DNA of 64,000 nucleotides from Leptogorgia sarmentosa (Eukaryota), in assembly GCA_964658305.1 (NCBI GenBank), contig OZ210885.1:23498001-23562000 (forward strand), given 5' to 3'. The notes below the pieces were generated by a model. The model did no database searches, was not told the origin of the DNA, and was given only the letters and a program-made list of their open reading frames with translations. Position numbers and translations under genes: made by a program. Of this stretch, positions 21,525-33,730 are shown in pieces; position 1 is the stretch's first letter, and every line of letters starts with the position of its first letter.

Positions 21525-24500
21525 CAGGGGCGTAGCCAGGGCCCTAACTTTGGGGGGGCGACCGCATTGAAGGAGTGTCGGGAAACATCCCTGCATGCCG
21601 GGGAAATTTAAAATTCTATAGGGCTTCTGAAATTCTGAAAAATAAGGGTTCTGCCATTATGGAGGTTTAGGCAAGAAGAATTTACGAGACCATCAAGTTG
21701 ATGGAAATGATTATTTTAATATCCACAGAGTTTGCATCAATGTTCCATGACAGCAAAAGTCAAACACAAGTTTCTTCTAATTTCTTCGGGCGTAGCTTAA
21801 AAACTGTATACGTCTATTCTTTATACTAAGTTAGAATAAAACGTCCAGGCCCGTAAATGAGCCAATATGAAAGAACAGTTAAATAATATAAAATTCGTTA
21901 AATGTTTCCTTTTAAAAGCCTTTAATTTACAAGAAGGTCTAAACCAGATTCAATCTTCTGGGTGCAGAATCAGTAAACGTCTGAACAAGGCTGTTCAAGT
22001 TAAGATTCTCCAGCAAATCCACTTCTACTGACATGTGAATGAGGTTTTCAAGCCTGTCTTGATTCATAGTAGATTGCAGTCGTGATTTGACTATCTTCAA
22101 CTTGGAAAACACTCTTTCGGCACTACATGAAGTGATTGGAAGTGTTAAAGCAATTTTCATCAATTTGCTAACACATCCATAACACTGGGGTTCAGTCTGT
22201 ATAGCTTTGAACAAATCAAGAAAGTCGGGCTTCCGTTTCTCACATACGGCCTTTTCAATGACGTCGGTTACCAATGATGATAGCTGTAACGAAAATACTT
22301 CACTCTCCAAAGCCTCCAAATCGATATCATTCTGGAACCATTTTGCTGCTACAGAAATGCTTTCCCATGCTTGTGAATGCGATATTCGAGATGGATGTAA
22401 GTATCCAAGGCCTTTGAGGACAATTGTACTTTCCATGTCAAAACGAGTTTCAATGGAGTTGCTCATAAGGTCTAATACCTAATTAAATAAAGATTGCAAA
22501 ATTTACCACCTCTAAGAGATTGGTCACGTAATGAATCGTTTGAAAAACTCACATTGTAATAAAAGAAAATTTTAACCTTGTCTTTGACTGAAACCTGTAC
22601 GGCTGTATCTGGGTTCTCATCCAGTCTCCAAGGAAGCTTATGAGGATGCTTTTCTTTTGGTTCCTCGATTCCCAATTTTTGCGCATTTCTCCAGGGTTGC
22701 ACCCAGGAATCTTCAAACTTCACATCGCATCGAAGAGCCTTAATTGCAGTAAGAAGATCAGCCACTCTGTCACATCCTGTAACAACGTCGAGGCCTTCGG
22801 ATTGAAGCTTGTCTGAAACCCCTTTACTAAGATGCAGCAACTTTTTCAGCACCTTGCACATAAAATAGAATAAAAGGAAAAGTTTTCATTATACGTATCA
22901 TTTTTTATGACAGTTCTATTATTTAAAATACCTCTAGAGCTACAATGAATTCAAAGTCTTAAACATTTTGCAGCAGTCCCTTTGCCTCTGCTGCAATGGC
23001 AGCCTCTGTTTCATTTTCTCTAACATCCTTCAGGGTTGCAATTACAGCATCTAATGTACGGTATATTCCTATTATACTGTCTGCACGACAGGCCCATCTT
23101 GTATCAGATAGCTTCTTAAGGGTATACTCCCTTTTTTCTCCACCTCCGGCACAGGCATTAATCTCCCTCTGATTCTTCACATAAACACTATGTCGCTTTG
23201 GGCAAGACTGAATGAAGACATACAGGTTCTGTAACGTTCCAAAGAAATCTCTGGCAATCTTGTTTTTGCTCATAGTGTCCACAATGACAAGGTTGAGGAC
23301 ATGAGCATAGCAATGAGTATAAAGAGCAGAAGGTGAAGCCTCTTTGATTCGCGCTTGCAGGCCAGTGTGCACTCCTGCTACATTGTTTGCACCATCGTAA
23401 CACTGTCCACGCAAGTCAGCAACGTCTATTCCATGTTGCTGTAGCTTTTGGGTAACAGCCTCGAAAAGAGCTTCTGCTGTTGTTTCATGCATTGGTATCA
23501 TTGCCAGCAAACGTTCTTCGACTTCGCCGTTCCAAACAAATCGTACAAGCAATGACAACTGTTCAGTCTGGCTCATATCTGGTGTTTCATCGGCAATTAT
23601 TGCATAAAACTTCGCCTCTTTAACTCGTACAATTTCATCTAAAATTCCCGAGCCAAGAATTGCTATCATCTGATTTTGAATTTCAGGTGAGGTGTATTTT
23701 GCATTGTCTACAAATCAATCAAGCATAAAGTCATTAGTCATAAGAGTAGTTGGTATAAAAATGCAAAAATTATGGAATTTATTTACATTACCAGGAGAGG
23801 TAGTTAAATGATTTTGTAACATTATATCGCTTTTTGCAATATGAGTAATAAATTCTTTAAATACACCCATATTCCTTGAATGCTTATCCTCACGACGCCC
23901 TCTGAAAGGCAAGTTAAGCTTGCCGATAGTTCAAACTACATCAAATATTTTGCCAATGACACTTCTATTTGTTCTTACCTAAAACAGCACATAATGTGCA
24001 AAATGTCACTGTCCTAATTGAGATAAGCAACTTTTAAGTTTAAAAGATCAGCTAAAAATACATATACATCTCTTGCATGTCTAACCAGTTGCTGGCGATA
24101 AGATTCTTGCTTAGCCGCTTCTTCATTAATTTGGTGATCAACTGGTTTTTGATATTTCCAATGACGATATGCTTGGCTAGAATGCCGGTGGCAATCCGAT
24201 TTTTCATGCTTGGAAAAAACCTCGCTTTTCTTCCAATTTCCAAATCCAACCCTTATGAAGGCTGGGTCGCCTTTTGATGCAACCTAGACACATTATAGTC
24301 ATGCAGCCATATAAAAGTAGATTTGAACCACATTTGAGAAATCAGAATGTTTGGAAACTAACTTCATGCATTGGCAAATAGTTCTGCTCACAACTTATAA
24401 TACACTATCAGTGAATCAGTGTAGGAAATATAGTTACGTATTAATACCTGAGAATTAAAGATTCTACAATAGAAACAAAATGCTTTATCTTTAGCTGGTG

Positions 24501-24970
24501 AATATTCCAGCCACTCAAATTTATCGTACCAAGATATAAAAAATTTGCGTTTTCGCTTGTCCTCTGAAAAAGAAATATTCTTTGGCTGGCATGGCCCTTT
24601 GCTTATTACGTGGTCTCTCGAGCAGAAGGATCATATGAATAATTCATAAGATCTGAAGGAGCTTCCGCCATTTTTATTTTGCAAAAAGGAACTTGATGTA
24701 AGCCTAAATATACTGAACCGGACTGATACCCAGTATTTGAACCAGATAAAAAAGTTAAAACACTTGCGATACACACATACTTGGGTGCTAGATTTTCTCA
24801 AAATCTATAAATTACATCAGTATTATTTTGCATTTTTTCCTGGTAAACTGACCTTCTTTAACCATGAGATAACACACTCCCCCCCCCTATTATCTACCGG
24901 ATTTCAGCATTTTGGAAAAATGGTTGGGGGGGCGACCGCCCCCCTTGCCCCCCCCTTGGCTACGCCCCTG
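21525..24970 (-). mobile_element. hAT (ZMYM1/Tip100-like) element, both ends intact
   Basis: 14-bp TIR CAGGGGCGTAGCCA. 8-bp TSD CAGAGGAG (21517-24, 24971-78). GGGGGGCGACCGC subterminal motifs. Confidence 0.95.
21939..24671 (-). pseudogene. ZMYM1-like hAT transposase, spliced, disrupted
   Basis: WYDKFEWLEYS, LPFRG, YTSPEIQN, ADETPD, QCYDGA, HCYAHVLNL, TRW, TSCSAERVFS. Confidence 0.9.
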
Positions 24971-25319
24971 CAGAGGAGGTTGGACAGCAGACCGCAAAGC
25001 GTCATGGGTAATGAGCGCCTAATTACATGTGCGGCCTCATTCATACTTTGACTGCCGCAATGTAAACATCTCTGGTCCAATTAATAAATGGACGCATTTT
25101 GAGTTTGACTTCAATTCTTGCGTGGTAAGACTTTATTGTTGTGATCCTTACGATGGTTGCTGTTTATTATTCCAAGTTTACCGTTTTTAAATTGCCTGGC
25201 TTTCTTGGTAACCGTCTTCATATATTGCCGAGTCGCCATGTATGATCAAAATATTTTAAATATTAAAATTTTAAATATTAAAATTTTAAAAATTAAAAAT
25301 TTTATTTTTGGAATACTGT

Positions 25320-25955
25320 TTAAAAACTTTGGCTGAACCAGGGGAAAATACGCAAGCTGTTGATGATCCTGATGGAATATTGCCGGAAACTTTGGAAGCT
25401 AGGAGCGACGGCACAATCACTATAGAACAGTGGTACATTCTGTTTATTTGCGTTGATAGGTGCAATTGTCAGTGTTGCCACGTAGAGTCACTCGAGGGCA
25501 TCAGGGAGTTTAGATGTTGCAAGGAGATGACACCAGCACTGCACATAATGACATTTGATGGTAGCATTGAGAAAATTTCTTGCATCACACAGCACAGTCA
25601 TTTCATACCCCTAACCCACCAAGCAGTACTCGAAAATGCTGGGACTCTGTTTAGAGACAGGAATGGAAGGTCGTACAGAAGACGAGGATCACAACCCCAA
25701 AATCAGTGAGTTCTCCAAACCAATGTCATGTGAATATGCAAATTGTGAATGAAAAATCTGTACTCTAACTAACAATAATTTTTTTTTAGATATTTAAGAG
25801 CTGTTGCCTACAGATGGTTGGTAAAATGGATGTGTGGCCGGATGGGATGGGACAACACAAGACCACTCCCAGCCTGTGTTTACCATTACATTAGGAGTAC
25901 ATATCCAATTGCAGGCAATAATAAGGGTTATATCCCATCAGAGCAGAGACAATAA
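25320..25955 (+). pseudogene. KolX / P2X7 receptor C-terminal (ballast)-like Cys-rich protein, 5'-truncated, spliced
   Basis: WCNCQCC..EFRCCKE..CITQHSHF; YLRAVAYRWLVKWMCGRMG..RPLPACVYHYIRSTYP..KGY. Introns at about 25431-25459 and 25706-25789. Confidence 0.85.
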
Positions 25956-26070
25956 CAACAAAGGTTAATGTCACAAAAAATTTATTGTTTCATCACAAGT
26001 AACAATACATTTTCTACAATAATTGTAAATCTTCATTCACATACATGCCTTGATGAAAGGCAGTGTAGCC

Positions 26071-26132
26071 CTGTCATACTTACTGAAATGAATCAATAGT
26101 GCTGTCATACTTACTGAAATGAATCAATAGTG
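26071..26132. repeat. 31-bp tandem duplication
   Basis: CTGTCATACTTACTGAAATGAATCAATAGTG x2. Confidence 0.85.
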
Positions 26133-26385
26133 GCATGCAGCAAAATAACTTCAGAATGGTTGGATACACTTACACTGCAAATGTATCCACAAAATCATCA
26201 CTAGTTATTTGCCGCAACCTTTCTTTCTTCCAATCCCCATCAATCCTCAAAAAAATAAATAAGAGAAAAAGGTTAATAAAAAAACTATGAAAGCCTGTAT
26301 ATAAAAATCAATACAATTACATATTATGAGTACATCACCTTTTTTGCATCCCTCTTATTGCATATGAGTGAACAAGACTTAACCA

Positions 26386-26632
26386 ACCAGTACCTTCACA
26401 AACCGGTACTATCACTTGCCCAAGCCGACCACTCAGGCTAGTGCAGGGAAGGAGGCGCCTTACATCTACCAGTACCTTCACAAACCGGTACTATCACTTC
26501 CCCAAGCCGACCACTCAGGCTAGTGGAGGGAAGGAGGCAGCCTTACATCTACCAGTACCTTCACAAACCGGTACTATCACTTCCCCAAGGTGACCACTCA
26601 GGCTAGTGGAGGGAAGGAGGTGCCTTACATCT
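26386..26632. repeat. 82-83-bp tandem repeat, 3 copies
   Basis: ACCAGTACCTTCACAAACCGGTACTATCAC...GCCTTACATCT starting at 26386, 26468 and 26551. Confidence 0.92.
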
Positions 26633-26691
26633 CCATTTCAAACCGGCTTGAAGCAAGGTTTAACCACTGCCCGTAGACGAACATCAGCCAT

Positions 26692-29600
26692 CTAAGAGCC
26701 AGGGCATCCATCACGCGAGTGTCCTTTCATTGGGTTGTTACATTTCCTACACTTTCGCTGGGTGGGTGTCTTTGCTGTTGAGTGTATTACTTCAGCTTGT
26801 AGGTTCTTCTGTTGCTGAATTTGTTCATCAACTATATATAACATCAATCATGTATACAATTAACTACTTGTGAGAAGAGGAGAGGGGAGGTGAAGAGATT
26901 ACTCACAGTCAGGATAGAGTGCAGGCTGTTCCAATTCCTTTCTTTCTTTGTGCCTCTTAATCCCTTCCTCCTTTGTTCTTCTGCCTGGAAACTGTTTGCA
27001 CAAAGGTTCAGGTGCCTTCTTATTATACTTTTCTGATGTTTCTGACAGATCTTGACTTGAGGTGGTGAAAAGAACATCTTTCACAGCTTTTACATATTCT
27101 GCAAAAGGATTTACAGTATATGAACAGAAATTACTAGAAAATTGTATACAGGGTGTATCAAAAAAAACGCAATCCTACGTTCAAATGCAATTTTCATAAC
27201 GAAAAGTAATAGAAAATAAGCTATATTTACCACCGTTAGAAAGCTCTACCATTCCGCTTTCTTAAGACTGCTTGTTTGTTAAATTTGAGTTGGAAATGAG
27301 CGAGTAATGATATTTTTAGTAAGTGTGATTGGACAATTTAAAATTTGAGATAGCTTGAATTTATTAAAAATTTAACTTTAGTTGGTTACAATCATTCAAC
27401 GTGGCCTGGCTTTCTCACCACACACAAATCACTTCGACGTTGCATTTCTCGTGCAACTCTTCTTATTAGTTCATGATTTCCATGTAAAGCATCTGCTTCA
27501 AGCTGTTTCTGCCGGTATTTAAGTACGTTACGCCAAACGGTCGTCGAATTTGGGACTTGTCGATCCGGGAAAGCTATTCGAAACAATCTTAAAACTTCCT
27601 GAATATTTTTTGTTAGAAAGTAACCTTCAACAATAAAAGTTATTTCTGCTGTAGTGAGCTGTGGCATGATGCCTAAGACTTTAAAATTATTTCGCGAAAA
27701 TATTTCAAACAAAATATTCGCATGCAACGATAACGTCCCCTTCGGAATTAAGAACGTCGAATTCGAAGCATCTAAAAATGACTGCTTGCAGTAAATCACT
27801 TATTTTGAAGTCCTAAATGGCCTAAAAAGTCACAATCGACCACTTATTGAGTAGAAAAAAGATAGGGCTAAAACATGAACTAAAAGTTAAGACATGGAAA
27901 TCTACATTATTTTGGTTATAGAGCCTTAAACTTGGATTGCGTTTTTTTTTATACACCCTGTATATTCTTTCCATAAACTAGAAAGAGAAGACAAGTATGT
28001 ACCATAAGTTGGTTCGATAGACACTTCACGAACAACCTCTTCACCCAGTTTGTATTTTGGATATGTTATGTTGTAATACAAGCGACCATCTTGGGTTGTC
28101 TTTGACTTTCGTTGCACATTTTCATTAAAATGAAGAATGGCTATAATATGCCTGTAAATGACAGATCAATTACAAGAACACTAATTTGAACATGCCTATA
28201 TGGGATTCAATTTTTTGAAAATGCTCACCTGCAGAAGGTGCCTATCCATGAAAAGTGGGTCACTTTGGGGTGCCAGTGGTTGAGGGTGGAGTGAAACCCT
28301 TCAAGGCAGCTGGTTTGAGCATCTGGTGATAACTTAGCAATGTCCTTCAGAATGGTAGTTTTCAACAATATGGAGCAAATTTTGTCATATGCAGCAGTTC
28401 CTAAACAATAATTTATTTTAGTAACTGTCTCTCGTACATATAAGACAGGGTAAAGTACCTAGTACAACGAGTAATATATAACATGTGCAAGTAATGACAA
28501 TATTGTTTAAATTACCAATGGGTATCCATTTCCGTTCTTCTATTTCTCCATGAGCACAAGATGTGAACAAAGGATCAGGATGATCTTCATGCTTGCCAGC
28601 CATATGGCGAACAGTTGATTTCCACTTAGCAACAATAAGATCACCAAAGCCTGGGACAGTTGTTTGAGCACTCCAGTATAGATGCCTGCGGACACCTTTG
28701 AGCCAATCATTGATAATTTCACATCCCTTTTCCTCACCAGCTTTCCTAAGTTGCTTGTTTATACTCTTGTTAACATGCCAGATGTCATAATGTTTTGTCT
28801 CTTTTTCTTTCTCCCTTATCCACTTAGCAATTCCTTTATGTCGATCACTAATAAAGACTTCCATCTTTAGACCGGACTCCTTGAGAAACTTGAATGAACG
28901 TTTTGCACCTTCCAGTTCCATGGCGTTGCTGCTGCCTACCTCATTTGGCTGAAAAATTAATATAATGCTGTGGTAGACCTTCTGGGTCATTTGCCAGCTA
29001 TTGTAATGTGACTTTTGAGCAAACTTCTATTTGTTGCATATTAGTTTCTCTTACCTGAAGTAACTCAAAATGAACAAGTTTTGACGTAGTATTGCTCCAC
29101 ATGGTGTAGACACCATACTTAGCGCTATGACCCATAGAATCAAAGCGACCATCTCCTGACCAAGTCTGTGATTCTTTACCGTTCTTTACATCTTCAATCA
29201 AAGCAGACTGGTAGACTTCCCAATGTCTCAAAACAGCTGGAATTAGAAATGCAGCCTGATGTGAATGGTATGATCGAGCTGTGATTGTAGCAAGTTTCAT
29301 GTGCCTGAACATCAACATAGCTTGACTAATGTTAATTCCAGACATCAAGATACCAAAGCTTGTCAATATGTTTCCAGTGGGATATTTTCCAAAAACAAAT
29401 GGTTGGCTCCTCCATGTAAAGTTATCCTTGAGGCATTTACTACATGTCTGTTCTACAATAGCCATAGATCAGTTTTTCTTCACCTGAACCTTTGGACTTT
29501 CAGCCTTGCAATTAAAACAGAACATCCCCAACAGTTGAAGCAAAGAGCTGTGAAACACCAGAAACATTGGCTCGTCGAATGGTCCGGTTCCCTCTCCAAC

Positions 29601-30621
29601 ACTATGATAGAGAGATAAATAAATACTGTTATACAGTTCTGAATTGAATAATTTTGAGGGTTTTCTAGACTTTACTCACCACACGGTATTTCTTGTGACA
29701 GGTTGGTCCATCTCCACAGCGGAATGGCTCGATTCTTCAAGAGATGAGTAATCCATCGAGCTTGCATAATCATTTTTATCGAAACATTCCTCCTGAGATT
29801 CCAAATCGCTGTCCGAATCATTCAACTTTGTTGGGCGCACCTCAACAACCTGATCCTTATTTTCTGCTTCCCGTCGTAGCAGTTTTTTCTTCAAATGCGC
29901 TTTGGTAATTTTGTACCAACTCAGAGTCTTTTGCAGGGATGCGATTTTCTTCTTTAACCGAATACACAAGGCACAAGAACCATCTGATTCAGAAATATCA
30001 GCTATATCGATACTATCGCATGACATGACGGAACAGTCATGCATTGAATCATCCAAAGCCTCAGCACTTGTTGAAGGTTCGTCAACTTTGGGTTTCGCCA
30101 GAGAAGAGATCTTTTACTACGTCGAATTATCTTTAGAATAAAAATAAGAAAACATCTTCATTTACATCCTGAGCGCAAGATATTAAAATTCACAATATAG
30201 GCTTGTGCGTCCGCGCGTGAAGGGCGCATGTTACAACACTAACCTGCCTTCGTCTTCTGTCTGTTGGCTGCTCTTCAGACGAGGTAACAATACCAGCCAC
30301 GTCAATGCTAGGAACAGCATCTTTCTTCAGCCTTTGCCGCATGTTAAGTTCTTTAGCCAAAGTACGATTCACGTCGAAGCATGAATCGTCAAAGTGGGCA
30401 GAAAGACACGAGGCTGAAGTAGCACTAAAGCCTGATCGATGTTTGCGGACGAAATTTTCCCACTTTTTTCGGCGCTGTGCATCTGTTGCTGCGTTAGGAA
30501 ACAGATACATAGATATACCTTCTGTGCGTTGATTATTGCCGCAGCTAACTAAGTTAGGACCGCCAGCAACACAACGTTTTCCTCCACGAACGCGTTTTGC
30601 GCTGTTAATTCTATACGCCAT
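26692..30621 (-). pseudogene. Kolobok THAP-DDE transposase, spliced
   Basis: THAP CVAGGP..FP..W..LSAHF; GDGRFDSMGHSAKYG; FISDRH; YDIWH; QTSCLEGFHS; C-terminal CRKC..GHSRDGC. Few disruptions. Confidence 0.9.
27149..27960 (-). mobile_element. Tc1/mariner deletion derivative (DUF4817-type HTH) in a Kolobok intron
   Basis: TIR CAGGGTGTAT(C/A)AAAAAAAACGCAATCC with TA TSD. ORF MPQLTTAEITFIVEGYF..FRIAFPDR..VWRNVLKYR is fused to a C-terminus RRSDLCVVRKPGHVE. Confidence 0.92.
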
Positions 30622-30821
30622 GATAAGGTGTTCATCTTATGACGTCACACGGCATGAAAATGGCGACGCAAAAGTTCGGACGGAAGTAGCCCAAAATCGC
30701 AACTTTGGAAGGCTGTAAAATCTGTTCGAATGGGCCAATTTGAATTCTGTTTGCGGTTTCGAAATCAGGAGAGTAAGACAATAAAAAAGGGGTCGAAAAT
30801 TTCGTTTCAGTAGCACTTTAA

Positions 30822-31905
30822 GTTATGTATGGCTGTATAAATTTTCCTTTGTATCAGACTATCAGATGGTGAATTTCATTATTTCATCTATTCATTCTAT
30901 TGCTTACATAATATTCCTGAATTGCATGTAACTGGGTTACATGTAACTTAGGAATTCTAATTTTGAGAAAAGGATTTTCTGTTGTGATTTTGTAGAAAGA
31001 AATTTGCTTAGACATATAATGGTTGGCTGATTTTGAAGTTGGGCAAGATGGCAATGACCAGTTAGAAGGAACTAAATATAGTGGAATTTGATGATTGCTA
31101 TGAATCTGAAAGCAGCAATGATGAAGACATTCCATTGGTTCCACTGCTCATGAAAATATTAATTCCAAACTTTGATACTGTCATACCTTGTTCTTGAAGA
31201 GATGTTTTAATATAAAAAATATAGCACAATAAACCAAGCCCTACAGGATTGAACTGGACTGCTAAAGCAACTCAGGTGGCCCAGTTGAGGGATCACTTTG
31301 CCATAAACAACCCCCAGGATCAGCTGTTGTTCAGCAGGTGAATGAAAAGAGCATGACATTTAATGCTGCCACACATTGTGCACCTGTAATAAGTAACAAT
31401 AATAACACAAACAATAATACCCAGGGATGAATAGATGGTTTCAATAAGGCCTTTTGGGGGACATTAACCATCTTAAAACCCATAATAATTTAGCTGTTAC
31501 ATGAAATAAGGGTTGGGTGGTTAAACTTGCATGTGGCGACAACTCATGTCAAAAAGTAACATGAAAGTAACAACCCAAAATTATCCTCTACATAAAGCCT
31601 AAGAAAACATTGTTTAAATGTTCAAATATTCCTGTGAAACTAATTGAACACCTCGTGTAATAAATAACTTTAAACCTCGCCACTAACTTCACAAATTATT
31701 CAACAAAATAATCTTTCTTGGTAACAAGGCGAAGCGCCATTTTTGGCAAATGTCAAAACGCGTCATTTCGATTCAAAGTGAAATTTCTATATTGCGGAGC
31801 TGGGACTTTTGGGGTCTGAAACCATACGTTTTTAGCTAATATATTTGTCTTCATATATACAAAAAATCAAAAAAATCGAACCACAGCAATTCCAGATTTT
31901 GCACC
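30822..31905 (-). mobile_element. Second TTAA-flanked (Kolobok-like) element remnant hosting the Kolobok
   Basis: On minus, TTAA|GGTGCAAAATCTGG at 31905, followed by an AAAATGGCG start-like motif. Confidence 0.45.
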
Positions 31906-32209
31906 TTAAAAATTGTAAACAGAAATAAAATTAGGCAGTCGTCTTGAAATGACCCTCCAAGCTTTGACTATAAAAATATAGGAGTAATTAACGCTTACCT
32001 CACTCAATATTTCAGATATTGGAAATTCAACTCTTCTTCTTATAGAATACTGCCAAATCCAGCATGAAATTTGAAAAAAAATACCCAAAATTTGAATATA
32101 TTTGTGTGCTATGCAAATTTTTTCGTCAAAAATCCTCGCAAAAGCAATGTGAAAATGACGCGATTTGATTGGTCGAGAAATTCACGTGACAGCTGTCCAA
32201 CCTCCTCTG

Positions 32210-32877
32210 ATCAAAATCCTTCTTGGTAAATTGTTGGTATAGACCACCTGATTCCTTGGTCATTTTTAATAACTACGAAGAACTCGTTAAGAAAATGGAC
32301 TGTGAAAATAAGGAAGTAATACTGATTGGAGATTTCAACTGTGACTGGTCTCAGATTGTAAACAACAATGCTAACTCACAAACAAAGAAATTTGTCGAAC
32401 TTACTAATACTAAAACCTTACAATTTGAACAGTTTAATTAAAGAGCCTACACGAGTAACTGAGAGCTCTAAAACACAAATTGATTTAGCTTTCACAAATA
32501 AACCAGAAATTGTTATTAATTCTGGTGTGGTTCACTTAGGAATAAGCGACCATAGTCTTATTTTTTTTCAAAGAAAAATTTGATACAACGAAAAGCGCCC
32601 AAAATAATTAAAACAAGGCAATTTAAAAATTATAATGTCGGTTATTTTAAACAAGATCTGGCAATTAATATGCAAACAATTTCAATAACTAATGACCCAA
32701 ACGAAATGTGGGATGAATGGAAACACATATTTCTTACGGTAGCAGACAGGCATGCCCCTCCGATTACTAAGAAAGTAAGAAGTGAGTATGCTTCATGGAT
32801 TACCAGTGAAATTAAAAATATGATGGATCGTAGGGACTTTTTGAAAAGAAAGGCAGTGAAAACTGGATCAAAACAAT
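32210..32877 (+). mobile_element. CR1/L2-type LINE, endonuclease continuation
   Basis: WYRPP, LIGDFNCD, IKEPTRVT..IDL, GISDHSLI, HAP..KVR..WIT. Confidence 0.9.
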
Positions 32878-33284
32878 AGGGACTTTACGCAACGACGACG
32901 TGAGCTCCAGATGACAGCGTTCATGGTTGAGTGACGTAATAGATTTGAAATGCGTATGCGTTTTTGTAGACTCTGCGTTCAAGCCTGTCGTCGTGTTCTC
33001 GTTGACGACTGCTGATTTGGCGTTTTGACGTTGTCCGGTGAACGCTTCAAACTAAAGGTAAATAAATATGTAAAATACATTTAATTTACAAAAATTTATG
33101 CATATCGTGCTTCATACAACCATTTTCCTCTTATGTAGACGGAATATTTACAATTGATTTGCGAAAATCTGTATTTTATTTGGATTTGTGAACGTGTTTG
33201 TTTTGAAGCACATGGACTCGTCACCATGTTTATAGAGATGTTACTTTGTAGTGAATTCGAAATTGTTATATCTACTTTCTACAT
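32878..33284. mobile_element. Probable Harbinger-type non-autonomous element, left end only
   Basis: Starts AGGGACTTTACGCAACGACGACG exactly where the LINE ORF is cut. No partner TIR found. Confidence 0.4.
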
Positions 33285-33730
33285 CAGGGGCGGATCCAGG
33301 GGGTATCGAGCGTATCTGAAGGTACGGTCAGATTTTTCCAAATATGGCTGGTATATAAATATTAATAGTTTGTGTCGAAATATTCACAATTAATATATTT
33401 TCACGCAAATTCCTCATTTTCATGTCAAATATTAAAAATTTGACTTCACCCGAATGAAAAAATCCAGGTATTAGCCGTGTTAAAGCATTCGAATCATTTT
33501 CGCCGAGAGCTTCCCGAACGGTGGAGCCGACGATTTGATTTCGATCGGAAAAATTTTTCTAAATGCGTTTGCGGTGTTTGGATACGGTCCGCGTTAATGT
33601 TACTAAAAATAGTAACTTAATGAGGTATTTGGATACTGTTATTAAGGGTATCCAGCCAATCACAGGACGTGTATCTGTGACGTCGGATACCCTCCAATAC
33701 CGTGGCTGTTGTTCTGGTATCTGATTTAAA
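33285..33730. mobile_element. hAT-type non-autonomous element, left end only
   Basis: TIR CAGGGGCGGATCCAGG with repeated GTATC/GATAC subterminal motifs. Confidence 0.6.

Larger units (their letters stand above)
25320..30817 (-). mobile_element. Kolobok element (transposase + KolX); KolX-side end deleted
   Basis: Terminus AGTGCTACTGAAACG next to TTAA (30818-21). Convergent THAP-DDE transposase and P2X7-ballast-like genes. Confidence 0.85.
21517..32209. mobile_element. Non-autonomous DNA transposon with 18-bp TIRs and 9-bp TSD (MULE-like), enlarged by nested insertions
   Basis: TIR CAGAGGAGGTTGGACAGC (intact at 24971-88; first 8 nt at 21517-24) and its rc at 32192-32209. TSD ATCAAAATC at 21508-16 and 32210-18. 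Confidence 0.9.

Noticed and set aside
25308..25955. Host P2RX7 gene
   Set aside because: Only the ballast-like domain is present, with no channel or ectodomain exons, and it lies inside a Kolobok.
26386..26632. Possible CRISPR-like array (also 53290-53486 and 7443-7670)
   Set aside because: Head-to-tail tandem repeats with no unique spacers, no cas genes, and a eukaryotic context.
1182..33300. CAGGGGCGGATCCAG ends at 1196 and 33285 (or 7795) as one element
   Set aside because: They face outward, have different subterminal motifs and share no TSD.
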